Virus record (IMG/VR): IMGVR_UViG_3300033144_005983
Span: 1 to 62,833 of that record
DNA: 62,833 nucleotides
Strand: one strand, 5' to 3'
Origin: a virus
Lineage: Duplodnaviria; Caudoviricetes
A program made the position numbers and the translations under genes. A model generated the notes under the pieces. That model did not search any database and had not been told where the DNA came from. It worked only from the letters and a program-made list of their open reading frames with translations. This document shows positions 22,901 through 27,257 of the stretch, in pieces (the stretch's first letter is position 1; every line of letters starts with the position of its first letter).

Positions 22901-23853
22901 AAGAACGTTCAGAGTTCTTTGTATACGGACAGATCCTAGTAGCAATGATGCATAAAGAAAAAGCTATTGATAAAAACGGTAATGAAAGAACAGTATGGGA
23001 AGCTTATGATAACGATGGTGACTGGAACGTAGAAGAATTCCCAATTAAAGATAATCCAGGATGGAATAAATTTGCCAAAACAGACAAAGGAAGCGCTGAC
23101 TGGGTTAAATTCAAAAGAAAATACGATGCTACGGCAAAGAAGATACATGGTAACTATGATAGAAAATCTCCAGTACTTGGAAAGAAAGGAGTATTTGGAA
23201 GAATGCTCTTTCAGTTCAGATCTTGGGTTCCTGAAATGTGGTTTGACAGATGGGAAACAGAAAGATTTGATGAAGGTCTTGACCGATATACTAAAGGAAC
23301 ATGGAAAAGCTATGGAGCTGCTATAGAAAAATCAGGAGGAGCATTTGGTTTTGCTAAACTAATGGCTAAACAATTTGGAATGCAACTATTAGCAAAAGAT
23401 TCTCAGGAATTGCTTGAAATGGATGAAGTTGATCAGATCAATATGAGAAAGAATATGGCAGAGATATATTTTATAATGGCAATGATGAGTGCTTTATATC
23501 TCCTTAGTAAAATAGAAATAGAAGATGATGAAGATGAAGTATTTGCAAGTGCAGCTATGACATTAATGTTCAATACATTTAACCGTGTAAATACAGAGAT
23601 AACCTTCTTTATGAATCCAGACGCAATGTTACAACTCACAAGAGGTCAACCTTTCCCTGCATTAGACACACTCGCAGGTATACTTATAGATCTTCCCACA
23701 GCAGTAGTAGATACATTAATGGGAGATGGTATATATGAAAGAGGTGTAAGAGCGGGGCATTCAAAACTTTTAAAAGAATTTTTAGAACTTATGCCATTAG
23801 GAAATCAGTACTATAAATTTCATTATATGACTAATACTAAAATGGCAGGTTAA
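1906..23853 (+). CDS. Giant (7315 aa) virion-packaged RNA polymerase polyprotein with multiple accessory enzymatic domains
   Basis: Uninterrupted ORF. RNAP motifs FRIPLQG (10960) and MGSDFDVDKLF (DFDVD at 11080-11094), as in crAss-like/phi14:2 gp66 RNAP. N- and C-terminal helical and hydrophobic regions resemble phage ejection proteins (e.g. IHGNY..GRMLFQFRSW). Confidence 0.93.
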   Translation: MADPTEALSGTKIDKQTGLTKDIPNTVKTVNTSADPTAALTNTTQGLEKVRAKHLPTDIDVGGQAYSLQKQGYDTLESYQEYSDDLRANLAAPDPEMANRMRAEHQGVGEQLGTAAYQLPLNIGMGILETAGMIGDFQNYLGMFGVIDTDYDNWLSKSMRDARTGLAKWDPIYREAPQDVWSPTDSAWWIDNISGLVESVVEFGVTGFGVGTGLKAGAKAIGMAAAAGRLGAGAANVAGKTAMGLQKGTQLMTAASLAYSEGVMVGINVYDTVYKESLAAGIKKEQAEKNAANAATTTVRMNMLNTALNYTAVGQLFKSTKSLRNSVSNGWNRQTLKSGQKENFSEWLTRLKGEPKVMKHPGILKKVGTLVKEGSFEAAEELVNEISQREGELVGRRESGILLPEEKDSDFGDRVLHAATSPEGTLAMTMGFIGGVGNTMFLGGVDKGHRAYQNRQRAKNGQEALKSPEELVSESYTAELEGLIDKAENLEKINDSLLEAVAAGDVKKIKAAQQALASESLFSAFQNGSPDMMIAMLEEIEGIDDTTMGPDGQTDAEREGLETNKQSNQYYKKVARQKLNDIGELQNDYEAVMDKFWMGDQETMNYASKVFGYKVLMKSAKNTLEGSEQDLAKFESQLQERLTNAGYEGAPASLIETLSDYDASTEAYNEVLADIKAIEAMSSMQDGRTVYKKDRVSSAERTKIRQKYGIRATERIDKTLALIKKQFEGVEKETRKKATAITEVFKTFSEDILSEDGESLLEELDSRSGDSIRQIYNIFKERGEGETGETKALRDAIEKFKNIINLTNVDYNNVVQTKAFIEHQKQMVEAFQKEYDELNKPGALNKWLKEERENKKNAVEKEAEERAKTKATERDKKNKETAENIDREVQAENETDLSPDPEPERTYTGSEGEVITEEEYNSYQENQEDSTGTTPTKEDIDSGETTELNEEDEKKELEKILGDQKELGFLKENVLSFAYLSREYQLTETGLEGKKRFTTSTGDQKEGALHNDLESHTRFQPGDGLYTIEIAPSADAEILTEAEVSKGKPKTTTYGEWKKDKTAEEQAQGVPLVIKDAKGTIVAYIHDGRPAIEDGKEIVDTKGDPVSTFVYRRIAQKTEDNGDNWATQTEKLKRFRRTAIEMINTGQTPQIAITSKSYGSIIRNKVKGEVTEAQVNDVMGPNVQVGVSINGTLMKGDTPMNGLAIGGEIINDGDLPNGAVYVILPTPVEGKYFAAYVRAPQIGEITGIKTQSTEVDGDAYAGMVMLAIGIHFKTMANQNLTPSEENVVQKIKDHMDGLDITKSGYDLKKFVSYYVVDRAFDKEGKNAQKGNRTKPGYGQLHIRTDDEGNLKTIKYGRKETDQTTNISSWKAFEDKGQGLLDSLNATQLSVKGEFLGVEDDVNIPIPIDNGDGTYSIETIEGAGNEMTTGYEQFVKQNLKTKLKGEKVTLSDGVEEWVYFDQPVISFTPLTDTPPKDTTKDPEEQGTPPKQDLPPDIDLIPEIDLDLLDQLGEEGDEDGGVKLNEIDPEAIAEAGKLFDEQTRKLRDEGEIGQESPAISDPNDRLNKIIPGAFVGMDGKKLVQAADSIYTLMLNHYDKAVGKGKTPSADSLFSYALQQLKSKQGIYGIALKPGFTVEALLAQLKTAGKSKAYLNNIEEAYSIIIKDDKGNIDLDANRERAKEFGVVIDNFDGLKKLVIEKLGRIGIKINDKKLLEYIYEGEEAREELVDIEVSDGLTESYASKAKLKTDLGKTAPWQVRILFSRFPKIKTAIKNAKGDYVYTEETNYLGMRTFINYEDLYNNLLSILVNKPETFPAIINAIDKHAENTLNPQLIFLAGFLKNIDLNPKILQPNQLKSQLVVAFPANAEVQRVVAQITPDKNDGGGSMGSKLINFSGDTRNDTNLIISQWENNLASSTGETGLISEIGGKLFISPTKAANVKMIYEQKAKELLAIREGKDDIKRFGKKLNPEERIAEMASGIQDIFKLLGIELSHPLAVQLVKSPKNVLGKVRSKTGGVTNLRQLIAPDGNFAKYLFDTLVVDETIGKGHNVLYKGRDRIVQEVGTGDKMGKIKVDGAWILAKNVEKLATLESKNPFRDLTEGQIGRIRALARAEVRTTGVKVGTGSRNVSNQLLYKYSQLSQFTEQAKLLQIANEYGEAENRSPEVTEAANNLHQLSQMPFQVNSEWIAAFDTFMMQETPPKGLNKNETKRWKKRKERYNKGELLRQVFKVEIVDGLAHGIRRGVAAEIADMTPKEFEFYKIALFQNNGNEKVAKYIYMTPADNTVIPVIHALRKKINLGWNDAAEEGKPGSIISIGLEGQKAAYDIFEAEMLRIASFQKLSTAEQEKVNGYKDGANKFLMFPFLNKEILNKEDIGKLWDGEGNLIIPFGDEQKLEIISIIERNLIASIEEQVADWSNLGIFETFENDKGDRIWNLAGFSKDYMKRMRSKDMTKLTTQTPGITMDDVHHRSIQSAAADYVLNNMFANKEMFQLMSGDPAYYYKGKEGKTLQENLMSTFANLNKRISGVRATGSKGYWANPLIKDNPIHASRATSLKIIIAKDRDVAIKNMDQMIKMNKVIAANFKNNPSTDAQSLTTMGEHLSTLMAYGKIKDTQFQDLSNRYEKQLKALKDIVAARKSKDKASEKQALKELEDNKFTDKEIGEVILQPLKPVYTGFKLEGTARTARAVYLKTSSFPLIPQIVKDLDVSQVLLQLENSGADMMIYETGVKLGASNIQNVFDSKGNMKEDLEFKTEDVIILPRSGYKIQQENPYKGQKDIIRESTQGQKLLFEGLPKVSRNGTDIEALRHKFDSLQKDILDLKFDKFLDDIGAKKTIKTVKNLDGEEYETENVYIEDLSALRDFLVDEALERGYPLNDIMALGLTKVNTFDLPLGFHLAAFRMEPLILSLIKNKILRSELPGQSFIQGSSAGFKGIKEFNKLSAEERGDIAWAEGYNPEEGLSYMVTEDNKVQRAQIILPWTIKGKNGKIADINKYIKKEKGKLTIDTSKLTPELLEIFGFRIPLQGHSSMVTLEIVGFLPSYQGDLAIVPDGITTQMGSDFDVDKLFTYNYWTYELEDGKIVKYGSREHAEDKHRKDQERAAKKAKEKDSKDSEIGIPEDSTEGYARVAVTNEKYTPKFIKDNPDLLFVFGDNMERKGKGGQAIVRDESNTIGLRTKVSPTTKDGAYFYDEFLEDNKKAIDEDITAITKAGFGTQVVFPKGGLGTGLSKLKEKAPKTYEYLKKRLIEEFGFDNDLGTVDLDKIGIPYGNVIIDAETKGLPREEKTVEEVENELQNNMKGLQNKVVQVYNDVMEIPEVVEKALTPLDDAKNEINKTGERLEQIMTRPGTSPLFIAPTTQRDFFFINKDGQTALGVYSLFNTFLAQAQNVDIEFEYAIKNEETGKMENFPLLIKFKGEKGETLVGNRVSDTKLVSKDGLKNEVSAGFQSAGADNANDQALHKLNMESSTFGISLAFMAQGFDERYIGAFANQEAIQLWIDIYNRKSSKVTEDTIMGRTKASEEAFEEVERILLDKAKRDNTVPNPRVALNDQEKLDNVLSLNEMEDMLGKRADQKGTAYWGTQLNILAQFEVITQMGEDLSQAQNVTNTNQPMRHPGKTMLDAIELKDRIKKTVGTGERMVFLKGTEQLIGDVVLGPDGQVDILNPQGLIGTAAKYGELLATKLFGQLYSYESRAYTQALKGIEELSGSTYMPIERKAEVWGDLKQFVNAKVFEQVFGESLSDVRQRLLFDVKSEASTKDEIILAEASMARIIHYLQQTEWGQNSKLLKRLYPRMAEVIGEEPSRLEYMASGNEKIDEPDLLRELYSWLNSTQTIEVEGGRKIVLKDIALDLLKYSFASGGIQNPTNFMRILPYVSLQDMGYAKAIRDVDFKNPDILGPPLTSPFGYPNPSTFTRQYFQHKPYRTKTIVKFDKKNQIKKGDIITLLGGSDEVANGTEPEENKEFVTQVDLIGEDGKGFAYIHFLAYRNNETNKWELYEKIENNQKGKDGKMYTVYHRISTLGTRQDAEYDANEANLLSKNTENLPKTLAPTPESPQVVEQTNNTQNQGLKRAGDGQNEIIAKKDTPIQGVIDAISEPVTGDTQAERQNQRLKNLLSYVARTSGSNAFNRQMATLYSRMLGSLSETPIGLNMYGAVEKGGEVVQLDPDGGILVTGFFGGKFTPKKGYEAAHLDLYQSKKSDYVNTKFSKEEQIEYQNNLILHEFTHVLTSGLATKVTMGKATATEKKFYKNIVKLRDATLDALVKSGPETQIKFRIKGSQDFGTKTLGELFGDNWKDEKTRRDYINKLQDDFKKGEGIPNHYINELLYPLFGERAGQGDIEEFLAGIMTSPTFQIFARSHSIPTGYQQGKNLWEKLIEIFNTLFKSWEKETGITGVKDSILKYGIDQTLQMATLQAEEMAKLKEKKTIEDGEFLEDALEDDVDYSISGPGERIVIDGDDNVEIHARKMYNKQDAEQVFKIIEDIFDRTYGAEHAESDKSGRIRRSMYYGDVEYVYGTGKSEVRRPPNTNVPPALNKVIRDVEKRLGYPEGYFDVNLINEYKDGKQKINFHTDKEPILVDNGRVDPTVVTISFGDTRSMVVKAIRGGKEVSIPMESGVAITMGTRSQLDYLHGIKEEGNKTKRFSITLRHNAVKARQVAETSAQEALTQEELMEQAAGMTAIQQNFTDGSKYQDENGVWKERTMQPQFKGKSAMDLILSGDRTRTTRAKTDIQRMVKEYGLSRISDLKGKIVRMTSKDGRSVFTKITGVHQFTTEYQNQTWQQEGWTKDVTDRLVGDYPIALEFEVVEGTETHTTDPRKTTDEKPKTVEEIQSFFPIRRLDAYTVSELFQGISGVLRLQGAPGVQLKVFGNRVPKGVYTYDNVVQAVLDKLTLRGKYDGLLELLEKENLKEEVEGTTTPTQPAIKTDPTLPTKMADFTNHSGGAKGGDTLWDKIGRGFGVVNHKHYREPGATDVDSDQLKNRGTKPTHLSTEDYQEGQKKATIAARQMGRVAPTHQVRSAYMIRNWAQVKYADAVYAIGTIIPKGTEMKYGKKAKIEQVKGGTGYAVQMAINEGKPVYVYDATQDSWFQWEVKTERFRKTEIPVLTKNFAGIGSRSLSTKEAWAKSEQAISDVYQKTDSLLEQWLAETVYDSPQAIAKGTNIPRTKLFDVNETRTDLSPDPVEFTGVAQELVDYRGTIYRIEVDSTFQKKQVKNHRTDKLVPPGTVIYENVIALGTENYSTPSEPQSTNNSVTINGVTIDTGPIALTEDQTIGLQKMADFFDRKDANAGNAFSLRGYAGTGKTTLVTFFLSYVASKRGTQEKIELSTPTHYANDVLYSVISTAGSHIGLSNVELPRTVDSRLSTAKMIDSNGRVVFSNKYQTQEKIEKGFPYGSVLIIDEASMIKDDFNKAISMLIKKQNMKTIFMGDPLQLPPVGNKQLSDALNHGDHYELTEVKRQEKGNPLMKVLGSIRSNRLSRTDKFEHKTDVNEKGEGIVWTSNMQTFKDTIVEYMGNSAMKSSPLYAKVIAYTNAAVKEYNTLGRRALLGDKVMNGAFQVGEPLTGYAKSGQIDNAGTYVITEQTSYTDEMLVADNPDLNEKIGNTSDAGALVSKITGQRMSELAFTGKLVTVQRRYSAEVEEKLKKENAYPKPFKTFIFDPAAKAEGNIAVLDVLTQIETYKSQIYSDDSLTLREKNKRYAQSFDQLDTIKDQFQIPAERYQAKTASLGGETMSKAEAMKRFKGDFYKGKWVGIKNSNLFQHEKTLDYGYAITAHKAQGSTYTNVLIDWDNMEKVSGRVINDWDGKPYMTESNSLKYVALSRPTTKAIIYSADVVPGEQKTNTLTEDSPASAVGLTGEVGFATGGIDFNELQDLVASPAEVKKALGKEKQEYDDFMTRLDDDTSGEFGQKKEVPIESIAKDAIYTGVFLGKEARKMLLDKFPAKHKNVFMHHSTVQFKPESEDIMNLDFNGHTDLVVTGIVQDDKGQALIVKNPVSKIPVPHITVSTAEGVKPFYSNAMIKKAIKEGNVQTLKDPVVIKGKLGVMSKKNDIYLSKDTKPAPKVIPTIRNLPLHKIEKGYGLLNSKGGKKLFTFIKGAQDIAKKIEAENPGVQTKIVPDTNRGYIILLSDTRGDGTISQASPIVSSNRLGKLDNATRIVVSSIENQIANLNRRITRARSLDKDDKREAIAPLEHRITVLKEQIDTIIDKKTSQQVVDIAKEQLQWASDLLAKNGTMADLDSVIKTIKAWEGVLDRVSKDTEFKRYDFQDLPAILFDLERRWTTSAKEIIGYQVNASSGMDLAMEDIFGPQFDPDWFSATTRGAYTSKVPLVRIVDKWLQDAIIKANNEFTGIAKEVDKAIKELAEAPGGTLIEKFDMMAQIDEEGKKTGNLVRRVGIEYYRQLAAQRSKLDTARGKAGNANTAYRNHIKWLGDNTVGININMLIDGKEVYDPRIPMEDQKVRSAEEVAEYRKSLIEKLGGDEQAEEIVDALIEDQKLRFEQYKNAREEIIIGNEAKYPSEKKEDISGRSNALGYWEQRNSPFIYSSITEKILDPTKLKKVGGVTENAIPNKFSFKSNRASQYVPSVPASKFWDSRFKEIMKDPALKKFYEFYSDKMEDMWSVLPDNGDISKNRIPDLVRDLQEKYTDSALRGIITGAQDSLVSLLTDRTNAEVEYGTIDSGTGEKIPSIPLWMTNESLMPDQKSYDLGKILKAFAAMATNYKHKARVEPQVILANRMLRNVKEATETERGTKQIDGQGHLMRKEAGLTRSKAQLQYTIEALLYGITREPGTPIKILEDVGSDLKMSTEAKEQLQHATEAADQFKKDLDSGVEYLQAYSDFKKTVKDLPKGVKSFIYSDLNQRPEFLSSDPVRPVFELTEKNKENYIKALRKHFERPITYQSAGDVLISYTQALGMGFNWFSATANLVFGTSAVFRHAAGGSEYTTKQARQAFGIMMASTMNGGKYSPTQSGKKVRALMENFDGLAQVVESMYGDDSSRSENWLYFLQERSEFFVYGQILVAMMHKEKAIDKNGNERTVWEAYDNDGDWNVEEFPIKDNPGWNKFAKTDKGSADWVKFKRKYDATAKKIHGNYDRKSPVLGKKGVFGRMLFQFRSWVPEMWFDRWETERFDEGLDRYTKGTWKSYGAAIEKSGGAFGFAKLMAKQFGMQLLAKDSQELLEMDEVDQINMRKNMAEIYFIMAMMSALYLLSKIEIEDDEDEVFASAAMTLMFNTFNRVNTEITFFMNPDAMLQLTRGQPFPALDTLAGILIDLPTAVVDTLMGDGIYERGVRAGHSKLLKEFLELMPLGNQYYKFHYMTNTKMAG
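9300..12400 (+). other. Two-barrel RNA polymerase catalytic core within the giant ORF (boundaries approximate)
   Basis: TDAQ, QPLKPVY, YLKTSSFPL, ETGVKLG (beta-like barrel), then RIP and DFDVD (beta'-like barrel, aa ~3059-3063). Confidence 0.88.
11290..11660 (+). other. Inserted macrodomain-like module in the giant ORF
   Basis: LFVFGDN..RKGKGGQA..VVFPKGGLGTGL..APKTYEYL resembles stand-alone phage macro-like proteins; the fold assignment is an inference. Confidence 0.6.
14250..15130 (+). other. Zincin metallopeptidase domain in the giant ORF
   Basis: LILHEFTHVLT (HExxH at 14557-14571) plus downstream EEFLAG (~14914) as the third ligand. Confidence 0.8.
15270..15845 (+). other. AlkB-family 2OG-Fe(II) dioxygenase domain in the giant ORF
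   Basis: NEYKDG..FHTD (HxD at 15601), VVTISFGDTR, YLHGI (H at 15784), RFSITLR: the complete AlkB signature. Confidence 0.88.
15990..16320 (+). other. ASCH (PUA-like) domain in the giant ORF
   Basis: MDLILSGDRTRTTR (GxKxxT/ExR-type motif), QQEGW, terminal ALEFEVV strand. Confidence 0.7.
16700..17300 (+). other. SLOG-superfamily (YspA/DprA/LOG-like) nucleotide-binding domain in the giant ORF
   Basis: NHSGGAKGGD, RNWAQVKYADAVYA, GGTGYAVQMAINEGKPVYVYD, FAGIGSR. Confidence 0.78.
17680..19380 (+). other. SF1B (Dda/RecD-like) DNA helicase domain in the giant ORF
   Basis: GYAGTGKT (17776), IIDEASM, GDPLQLPPV, LTEVKRQ, YAITAHKAQGSTY, YVALSRP: all SF1 motifs present. Confidence 0.92.
19640..20020 (+). 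other. 2H phosphoesterase (cyclic phosphodiesterase-like) domain in the giant ORF
   Basis: Two HxT motifs, HST (19738) and PHITV (H at 19888), followed by GVKP..SN as in the CPDase domain of fungal-type tRNA ligase. Confidence 0.78.
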
Positions 23854-23939
23854 TGAATATTGCAGGATTTATAATAGCAATGCTAATAGTAATGTGGCTT
23901 ACATATAAAATATTTTGGGATAACGATCAGTACTTATAA
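23853..23939 (+). CDS. 28-aa single-pass membrane peptide (MNIAGFIIAMLIVMWLTYKIFWDNDQYL)
   Basis: ATG overlaps the giant ORF stop (TAATG); hydrophobic run; too short for the ORF track. Confidence 0.5.
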   Translation: MNIAGFIIAMLIVMWLTYKIFWDNDQYL

Positions 23940-23956
23940 AACGAATTAACGCTTTT

Positions 23957-23998
23957 AAAAAAAAGGGGAATAAGGCGTAGACACTAACCCTATTCCCC
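23957..23998 (-). terminator. Intrinsic terminator of the minus-strand replication operon
   Basis: GGGGAATA/TATTCCCC stem followed by T8 on the minus strand, at the convergence of the two gene blocks. Confidence 0.7.
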
Positions 23999-24062
23999 AA
24001 TAACACTTAGTCCTTATCCTCATAATTACGGACAAAATTGTCCTCCTAAGTGCTTAAAAAAA

Positions 24063-24228
24063 AGAATGAGCCATTCGTAATCATTCGAAAGGGTAGGGTG
24101 ACAGGCCAGCAACCGCGTTACAGTTTTCGCACATTCACCATTTTGTTTCTTTTACAACGAAATCGCCTCTAATCCACAGTCAAATGCTCAAATGGTCTCA
24201 TTCTATTTTGTCCGACCCTCCTACCCTT
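24063..24228 (-). ncRNA. Candidate pseudoknotted structured RNA 3' of polA
   Basis: Two crossing inverted repeats, AGAATGAGCCATT/AATGGTCTCATTCT and AAGGGTAGG/CCTACCCTT, ending in a U-run. Confidence 0.4.
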
Positions 24229-24239
24229 ATTTTGAAAAA

Positions 24240-26141
24240 CTATTTTTTCCAAACATCGGAAACAGATACATCGACGGTCATTTTCATTGATTTAACAAAT
24301 TCAGCACCTGCTTCCTCCATTAAACGTTGCTGTACAGGTAACCATTGGTCTACATACTCTTCTTTCACCTCACAACCTATCTCATCATGTACCTGAGTAA
24401 TAAGCTTTACTTTATCCCATAGATCATTCTCTCTAATATACTCTACAATCTTAGCTAATGCTAACTTGATCATATCTGCTCCAGTCCCCTGGATCGGAGT
24501 ATTCTTAGATTGCCTCTCTATCTCACCAAGAGTCCTAAACATCTCTTTCCTGTCCATCTGACTTAGATAGACATCATCAGGAAAGAATCTTATTCTTCTT
24601 GATGGTTTAAAAGTCCGTATATGCTTATTCTTCTTACCATAATTACCTAAAGCTTCTAAAAACTTCTTGATCTTAGGCAACGCTATAAAATACTTATCAA
24701 TAAAAGCTTTCGCATCTTCTACAGGAATATCAAGAGTATCAGCAAGCTTATGTTCCGACATACCGTATGCAAGTCCGAAATTAATGGTCTTAGCAACATC
24801 CCTATATGATTTTCCTCGTAGAAAGTCTGGCTTATTTCTTACATCAGCCACCTCTATATCAAAGACCATTGCAGCAACCTCCCCATGTACATCTCCACCC
24901 TCATTAAAAGTTTTAATCCACAACGGATCCTGGGCACCCTCTGCGATAAGGCGTAACTCTTGGCCACTAAAATCAAAACTTACAATCTTACAGCCGTCTT
25001 CAGCTATAAAACAGTTTCTATACTCACTCAAAGCAGGAATATTCTGCATGTTAGGATAATCTTCAAAGTAACGACCCCCTTTGGATCCACTCGAGACACG
25101 TCCTGTATTCAAAATTTGCCAGAAAATAGTATGTACCCTACCTGTTTCCTTCTTTATATACTTAACAAACTCTTTCCCATAAGTACTCACTAGTTTAGCC
25201 TCTTTACGATAATCTATAAGGCTCTTAAAAAGCTTATGAAAGTTCTGTCTTTTAAAGAGCTCTCTTACACCAGTTGATTGTATACTAGGATCAAGCGTTT
25301 GAAGTACATTCTGCACCTGTAAAGGTGAAGACCACAGGACCGTAGTATGTTTTTCTTTAACACCAAACATTCCTAACTGAACTCCTGGACTCTTATACTT
25401 ACGTAAGTCATTGTCTTTCAATACTATATCATCTAATTCCTCTTCTTTCTCCTCTAAACGATTCTCTGCATTAGCAGCTAGCCCAAGCCATTTCTCATGA
25501 TCTAGCTTAATTCCATTGTTTTCTATCTCAGCAAATGCAATCGTTGCACGATTTTCAAGATCCAGGACATACTCTAAGTCCCATCCCACAATTGCGAGCA
25601 TTTGAAAATCCCTGATCGAGGGAAGGTGCTCTACATCTTTAGCCCCATAAATGATCTGAGACTCAGTAAACGGAGTACCATTCTGAATCAAATGGAACTC
25701 ACTACGAGTCTCTTTACTTAATTGAATACCTAAATATCTATAAACTAAATCAGAGAGTCCTTTAGATACTCCTTTTTGTCCACAAGTAAGTAAACATTCA
25801 GCTAACAAAGTATCGTATATATTGACCATTCTAATTCCAAAGTTCGACAACAAAAACTTATAGTCGAACTTCGCATTCTGTAAAATCTTAACTATATTAG
25901 GATCTTCCAAAGGAGCCTTAAGCAAAGAAATATCTACAAATCGTGTGTCTATCACAAATTGATCCTGTTCATCCCCTATTTGAAGCATAATCACCTTCTT
26001 TGAAAGCCAATTAAGACCTTCAGTTTCAGTATCTACTCCCATGACTTTATTAGGTGTGTCATAACACCAAATTACTACATCTTCTATAGTTGCTGTTTCA
26101 CAACAAGGCAGTATTCCCTGATTTCCAATAAAATATATCAT
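24240..26141 (-). CDS. polA: Family A DNA polymerase with 3'-5' exonuclease
   Basis: ExoI DTETEG, ExoII NAKFD, ExoIII YGAKD; motif A DFSGQELR, motif B RDVAKTINFGLAYG, motif C VHDEI. Confidence 0.97.
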   Translation of the reverse strand: MIYFIGNQGILPCCETATIEDVVIWCYDTPNKVMGVDTETEGLNWLSKKVIMLQIGDEQDQFVIDTRFVDISLLKAPLEDPNIVKILQNAKFDYKFLLSNFGIRMVNIYDTLLAECLLTCGQKGVSKGLSDLVYRYLGIQLSKETRSEFHLIQNGTPFTESQIIYGAKDVEHLPSIRDFQMLAIVGWDLEYVLDLENRATIAFAEIENNGIKLDHEKWLGLAANAENRLEEKEEELDDIVLKDNDLRKYKSPGVQLGMFGVKEKHTTVLWSSPLQVQNVLQTLDPSIQSTGVRELFKRQNFHKLFKSLIDYRKEAKLVSTYGKEFVKYIKKETGRVHTIFWQILNTGRVSSGSKGGRYFEDYPNMQNIPALSEYRNCFIAEDGCKIVSFDFSGQELRLIAEGAQDPLWIKTFNEGGDVHGEVAAMVFDIEVADVRNKPDFLRGKSYRDVAKTINFGLAYGMSEHKLADTLDIPVEDAKAFIDKYFIALPKIKKFLEALGNYGKKNKHIRTFKPSRRIRFFPDDVYLSQMDRKEMFRTLGEIERQSKNTPIQGTGADMIKLALAKIVEYIRENDLWDKVKLITQVHDEIGCEVKEEYVDQWLPVQQRLMEEAGAEFVKSMKMTVDVSVSDVWKK

Positions 26142-26647
26142 TTTCTAAATAAATTTATTATTAAATTATTCTCTCCATCTTTATTTGTATATTCTTTAAG
26201 TTCTTCTATCTGAAGCTTTTGTTCTTCTGTTATTAGAAACCTATAAAAATATTTTTCTTCTGCTTTTTTACTTTCAAAAGAAAGAACTACACATTGCTGT
26301 GCTCCTTCTACACCATCTATGCCTTCTTCAACAGCTTTTTTAATAGCATCAACATTATCTACTTTTACTTTAGCATAACAACACTCTGAAGCAAAGCAAG
26401 CATGAGTAGCATCATAGTCATTAATAATAGTATTAACACCATCCGCTATGATCTGTTCACCATTTTGTTGTTCAAACAAATGAGGAGGAATAGGGTGTAA
26501 TTTAAAAATACCGTCTCCAGATTTAACAAATAAAGAAGGAGGTAAATGATTTTTATGCTTTTCATAAGTAGCAAGCACAAACTTAATTACCTTCTTCTGG
26601 AATTCAGAATCTTCACTATTAAGATTATCAAATTCTTCATTTTTCAT
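26138..26647 (-). CDS. Hypothetical protein
   Basis: 169-aa ORF with ATGA overlap with polA. Confidence 0.75.
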   Translation of the reverse strand: MKNEEFDNLNSEDSEFQKKVIKFVLATYEKHKNHLPPSLFVKSGDGIFKLHPIPPHLFEQQNGEQIIADGVNTIINDYDATHACFASECCYAKVKVDNVDAIKKAVEEGIDGVEGAQQCVVLSFESKKAEEKYFYRFLITEEQKLQIEELKEYTNKDGENNLIINLFRK

Positions 26648-26718
26648 AACTTATTTTTTATGGATAACCCTTCCCTGGAACCAAACCGATAAGGTTCCAG
26701 GAGAAAGATATATCCGCT

Positions 26719-26913
26719 CTACGCTTTCTTTTTAAAATACTCGGTTATTATCTTATGGATACAAGTATGACTTACACCAAACTTATTACCTATATTCTTT
26801 AAACTATCTCCAGTTGCAGTAAAATGCTTAATAACATCTTCACGAAACTCCTCAGAGATCCAAATATGACCATTACGATTTTTTAAAGTTTTACGTTTCT
26901 TCTTTTGAGTCAT
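26719..26913 (-). CDS. Small HTH DNA-binding protein
   Basis: SLKNIGNKFGVSHTCIHKII helix-turn-helix pattern. Confidence 0.65.
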   Translation of the reverse strand: MTQKKKRKTLKNRNGHIWISEEFREDVIKHFTATGDSLKNIGNKFGVSHTCIHKIITEYFKKKA

Positions 26914-27257
26914 AATATCCTATTATAAGGAGTATTGAACCCATCTTTTACACGTTTAGCTTTAGATTTACGTAAGTTATAATCTTTTCCTCTTAATTCA
27001 GGAATTTCTTCTTGAATTTTTCTACGGCATCTAGTTGCACTCTCCCAGTTAGTCAACTGTCCTTTAGAAACAGCAATGAGTAATTCCTCTGCTGTTTCTA
27101 TAAGGCCTAAAGTTGATTGCACTTCGTCATACCAGATCCTTGCCATAAGCTTACTATCGCTATCACGTAGATCAGGATTGTTCATAAGATAAGTACTTAT
27201 TTTTGAATACAAATCCTTACCAAAAAGGACTTTACTGTTTAGGTTCTTTTTTATCAT
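26910..27257 (-). CDS. Hypothetical phage protein
   Basis: LRDSD..L..IW..ESATRCRRKIQE..PELRG; overlaps neighbouring genes. Confidence 0.75.
   Translation of the reverse strand: MIKKNLNSKVLFGKDLYSKISTYLMNNPDLRDSDSKLMARIWYDEVQSTLGLIETAEELLIAVSKGQLTNWESATRCRRKIQEEIPELRGKDYNLRKSKAKRVKDGFNTPYNRIL

Noticed and set aside
393-23639. Short antisense and alternate-frame ORFs inside the two large + strand genes
   Set aside because: Shadow ORFs with Phe/Ser/Leu-rich composition, expected from the reverse of A-rich coding DNA
1906-23853. Inteins or introns explaining the size of the giant ORF
   Set aside because: No C/S...HN-C/S/T splice junction with LAGLIDADG motifs recognised; the inserts carry motifs of ordinary enzymes
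24184-25193. Plus-strand ORFs overlapping polA
   Set aside because: Antisense to a well-supported gene and lacking motifs
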